NCBI GenBank assembly: GCA_022705465.1
Contig: JAKJEK010000001.1
Location: forward strand, 1-27,964
DNA: 27,964 nt
Origin: Patescibacteria group bacterium
GTDB lineage: Bacteria > Patescibacteriota > UBA1384 > XYA2-FULL-43-10 > 1-14-0-10-43-13
Direction of reading: 5' to 3'
In this document: piece after piece, positions 25,702 to 27,964 of the stretch
Layout: every line of letters starts with the position of its first letter
How positions within the stretch are numbered: position 1 is the stretch's first letter
The notes under the pieces: generated by a model
Seen by the model: the letters and a program-made list of their open reading frames with translations, nothing else
What the model was told of the DNA's origin: nothing
Database searches by the model: none
Made by a program: the position numbers and the translations under genes

Positions 25702-26370
25702 ATGACTGAGAATGGCACCCAACAAGAAAGTGTGATGATTCCGCTCGATGAAGTGATGCTAGAAGGGATTCTGGCAACACCTGAAAAAACGAGAGGTATG
25801 GTGATATTTGCTCACGGAAGTGGAAGCAGCCGATTCAGTCCGCGCAACGCCTATGTGGCGAAAGTACTAAGGTCTTACGGTTTGGGAACTTTTCTTTTCG
25901 ATCTACTCACAGAGGAGGAGAATAAAGATTATGAGAACCGTTGCAATATTGATTTGTTAGCGTTTAGATTGAAGGCTGCAACAAGCTGGGTAATGGGCCA
26001 GCCAGGCTTGGGAGAGGTTGGAATTGGTTACTTTGGTGCCAGTACAGGGGCAGCTGCGGCACTTGAGGCCGCAGCGGATTTTGGTGAAAAAATCGGGGCG
26101 GTGGTATTGCGTGGTGGCCGTCCGGATTTAGCAATAAGCGTGGTGGGCAGAATAGTATCGCCAACGCTGTTTATTGTGGGTGGCAATGATGAGGTAGTAA
26201 TTGAATTAAACCAGCGGGCTTATAATATGCTTCATTCGGAAAAGAAATTGGTGGTTATTCCCGGGGCAACTCGTTTGTTTGAAGAACCAGGAAAGTTAGA
26301 AGAGGTTGCCCAAACAGCCAAAGATTGGTTTGTTAGATATCTAAAGAAGGAGAAGGGCTGGGTCGTATGA
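25702..26370 (+). CDS. Dienelactone-hydrolase-like alpha/beta hydrolase (PRTase-associated type)
   Basis: IFAHGSGSSRFSPRN, DLLT..E, GYFGASTGAAAAL nucleophile elbow, RGGRPDL, IVGGND, PGATRLFEEPG.LEEVA. Confidence 0.9.
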   Translation: MTENGTQQESVMIPLDEVMLEGILATPEKTRGMVIFAHGSGSSRFSPRNAYVAKVLRSYGLGTFLFDLLTEEENKDYENRCNIDLLAFRLKAATSWVMGQPGLGEVGIGYFGASTGAAAALEAAADFGEKIGAVVLRGGRPDLAISVVGRIVSPTLFIVGGNDEVVIELNQRAYNMLHSEKKLVVIPGATRLFEEPGKLEEVAQTAKDWFVRYLKKEKGWVV

Positions 26371-26576
26371 TGGAGTGGTTTTGTCATGCCAGGATAAGTG
26401 TGGGTATGCCGCCGCCAACGGTAAGGCAGCGAGTGGTGTTGGTGCGCGGTGCGAAAAAAGTGTTTGATCGAGTCCGACCTGAATTGATTAGGTTGGACTT
26501 ATTAAATTAGTAAGACTTTATGGTTGGCGATTAAATTAGTAAGAAGATCCAGTGATTAATGGGAGAGGAGGTAGGT

Positions 26577-27212
26577 ATGCGTTTTCAAGATCGAAAAGAT
26601 GCAGGAGAGCAACTGGCGCATAAGCTGGATGAGTATAGGGGTTTGGATGTGGTGGTCTTTGCCCTACCACGAGGTGGAGTGGTGGTAGGTTATGAAATTG
26701 CGCAATATCTAGGTGCGCCGTTAGACTTGATAATAGTTCGTAAAGTTGGACATCCTCAAAATCCTGATTATGCAATTTGTGCGGTTGCGGATGATGGCCA
26801 TGTATTATGTAATGAGCGGGAGATAAATAGCATTGATCGGCATTGGCTGGAGCACCGGCTTAATAATGAGAAGACGGAAGCGATGAGGTGGCGACAGTTG
26901 TATCTTAATAATCGCCAACATCCTGCGGTTGAAGATAAAATTGTTGTATTGGTTGATGACGGCATCAGCACAGGATTAACATTTTTATTGGCAGTGGAAG
27001 AATTGAAGCACTACCAGCCGAAGGTGATTATTGCAGCAGTACCCATTGCTTCAGAGGAAGTATCAGATGCAATTCGGTCAGAGGCTGATGAGCTGGTGGT
27101 ACTAAATATTCCGTTTGATTATGAAGGGCAAATAGGGGCTTACTATGATGAATTTTATTCGGTAACAGACGATGAGGTTGTGCGTTTGATGCAACGCGCA
27201 CCTCAGAAGTAA
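26577..27212 (+). CDS. Type I phosphoribosyltransferase-like protein
   Basis: FQDRKDAG..LA, LPRGGV.VG, VRKVG.P.NP, PRPP loop LVDDGISTGLT, AVP, YYDEF..VTDDEV. ATG 26577 has AGGAGG 5 nt upstream (the track uses 26559). Confidence 0.9.
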   Translation: MRFQDRKDAGEQLAHKLDEYRGLDVVVFALPRGGVVVGYEIAQYLGAPLDLIIVRKVGHPQNPDYAICAVADDGHVLCNEREINSIDRHWLEHRLNNEKTEAMRWRQLYLNNRQHPAVEDKIVVLVDDGISTGLTFLLAVEELKHYQPKVIIAAVPIASEEVSDAIRSEADELVVLNIPFDYEGQIGAYYDEFYSVTDDEVVRLMQRAPQK

Positions 27213-27269
27213 TGGTTGCATAGGGAGTGTTTGAATTAGGCTTGTTTTGGAATTGGTTTAGCGATAACA

Positions 27270-27301
27270 GTGGCGACGCTTAGGGTGTCCGCTTTTTATT
27301 T
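27270..27301 (+). terminator. Possible weak intrinsic terminator after the PRTase gene
   Basis: Imperfect GC hairpin (gacgc/gtgtc core) followed by tttttattt. Confidence 0.3.
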
Positions 27302-27342
27302 GTCCGAAAAAAATCTGAGGAATAAGAATTGATAGTCTAGTC

Positions 27343-27371
27343 TTGACCAAAACAGACATAGGTGGTAATAT
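27343..27371 (+). promoter_or_regulatory. sigma70-type promoter for the last gene
   Basis: TTGACC (27343-27348), 17 nt, TAATAT (27366-27371) with extended TG. Confidence 0.65.
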
Positions 27372-27411
27372 ACTATTCACAATACAATCGTTATGAGGAG
27401 GGGGATAGTTA

Positions 27412-27964
27412 ATGAAGCGATATATTGGGGTAACTGGCTACATGAGTCGACAGGAGATTGCGGAAACGGCGGAATTATTTCCGCAGGATGGTCCGAAACT
27501 GATGGCAGGAATTCTTGCCAGTTCGAAGACACTGGCCGGGCAGACCGACAGGTATCCGGGCCGATATCCCGCAATGGCAGTGTGGCCGGGTATTCTGCCA
27601 TTGTACAAGAGGGACCAAAGAGTGTACCACCTGGTACATTACTGTACGGATCAGCCAAAAGAACTCGCCCAGCAGCTTGAGAGAGTAACTGATGCGTTCG
27701 GCTGGGAGTACCTAGACGGTTTTCAACTTAACATGGTCTGGCCGGCGGTAGGAGAGATTGAGGCATACCTGCGAAGAAATGCCGGCACAAACATTGTGTT
27801 GCAGGTGGGTGAAGGGGCAATCCGGGAGGCGGGGTTTTCGCCGAAGGAGATCGCTGATAGGGTCCGGCCGTATCAGTATCTTATTTCAGCTGTGCTACTG
27901 GACCGAAGTGGCGGAACAGGCAAACCGTTGGTGACGGAGTGGTTGCGGGGATGCGTGGCAGAAC
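27412..27964 (+). CDS. TrpF/PRAI-like TIM-barrel hypothetical protein, 3'-truncated by window edge (absent from the ORF track)
   Basis: AGGAGGGG 7 nt upstream of ATG; frame open for 184 codons: MKRYIGVTGYMSRQEI...LMAGILASSKTLAG...YPGRYP...LVHY...GFQLNMVWP...IVLQ...VLLDRSGGTGKPL. LLD.SGGTG resembles the TrpF LLD...GGTG motif. Confidence 0.8.
   Translation, partial: MKRYIGVTGYMSRQEIAETAELFPQDGPKLMAGILASSKTLAGQTDRYPGRYPAMAVWPGILPLYKRDQRVYHLVHYCTDQPKELAQQLERVTDAFGWEYLDGFQLNMVWPAVGEIEAYLRRNAGTNIVLQVGEGAIREAGFSPKEIADRVRPYQYLISAVLLDRSGGTGKPLVTEWLRGCVAE

Noticed and set aside
1420-26971. The many remaining 60-190 aa ORFs in the track that overlap larger genes (e.g. 4416-4817, 7891-8265, 14433-14756, 21787-22275, 23518-24078)
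   Set aside because: Antisense or off-frame shadows of well-supported CDSs, with no motifs or RBS.
27393-27680. 95-aa ORF from the track (MRRGIVNEA...)
   Set aside because: Its ATG lies upstream of the SD, which serves ATG 27412 in another frame; that frame gives a longer, motif-bearing protein.
18928-27964. Prophage or integrative element at tRNA-Pro
   Set aside because: No integrase, phage structural genes or att repeat visible in the window.
1-27964. CRISPR array, IS elements, rRNA
   Set aside because: No regularly spaced repeats, transposase motifs or rRNA signatures seen.

Overview
Bacterial chromosomal segment that looks Patescibacteria/CPR-like. This is an inference from the compact MurC, the MurD variant, small acidic DUF5663-like proteins and a PP2C-like/beta-propeller membrane protein. 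Bases 1-16.1 kb are housekeeping: a dcw cluster (mraY-murD-ftsW-murG-murC-murB-ftsQ), a frameshifted recJ, radA, a convergent class A PBP with Ig/FN3 tails, then tyrS-argS. A convergent PP2C-like/TM/beta-propeller gene follows, then an unannotated ~165-nt strongly base-paired RNA candidate with its own sigma70-type promoter, and tRNA-Pro(GGG). The accessory part (19.1-25.6 kb, minus strand) is a tandemly duplicated two-gene module: a small acidic helical protein followed by a large signal-peptide-less protein with a shared hydrophobic-hairpin/coiled-coil domain and divergent tails. The window ends with an alpha/beta hydrolase, a type I PRTase-like gene and a TrpF-like TIM-barrel gene that the ORF track missed. 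Best leads: the duplicated module, the candidate ncRNA, and a MurB that has lost all three catalytic residues. No CRISPR array, integrase, transposase or rRNA was seen. All family assignments come from motif recognition by eye; no searches were run.
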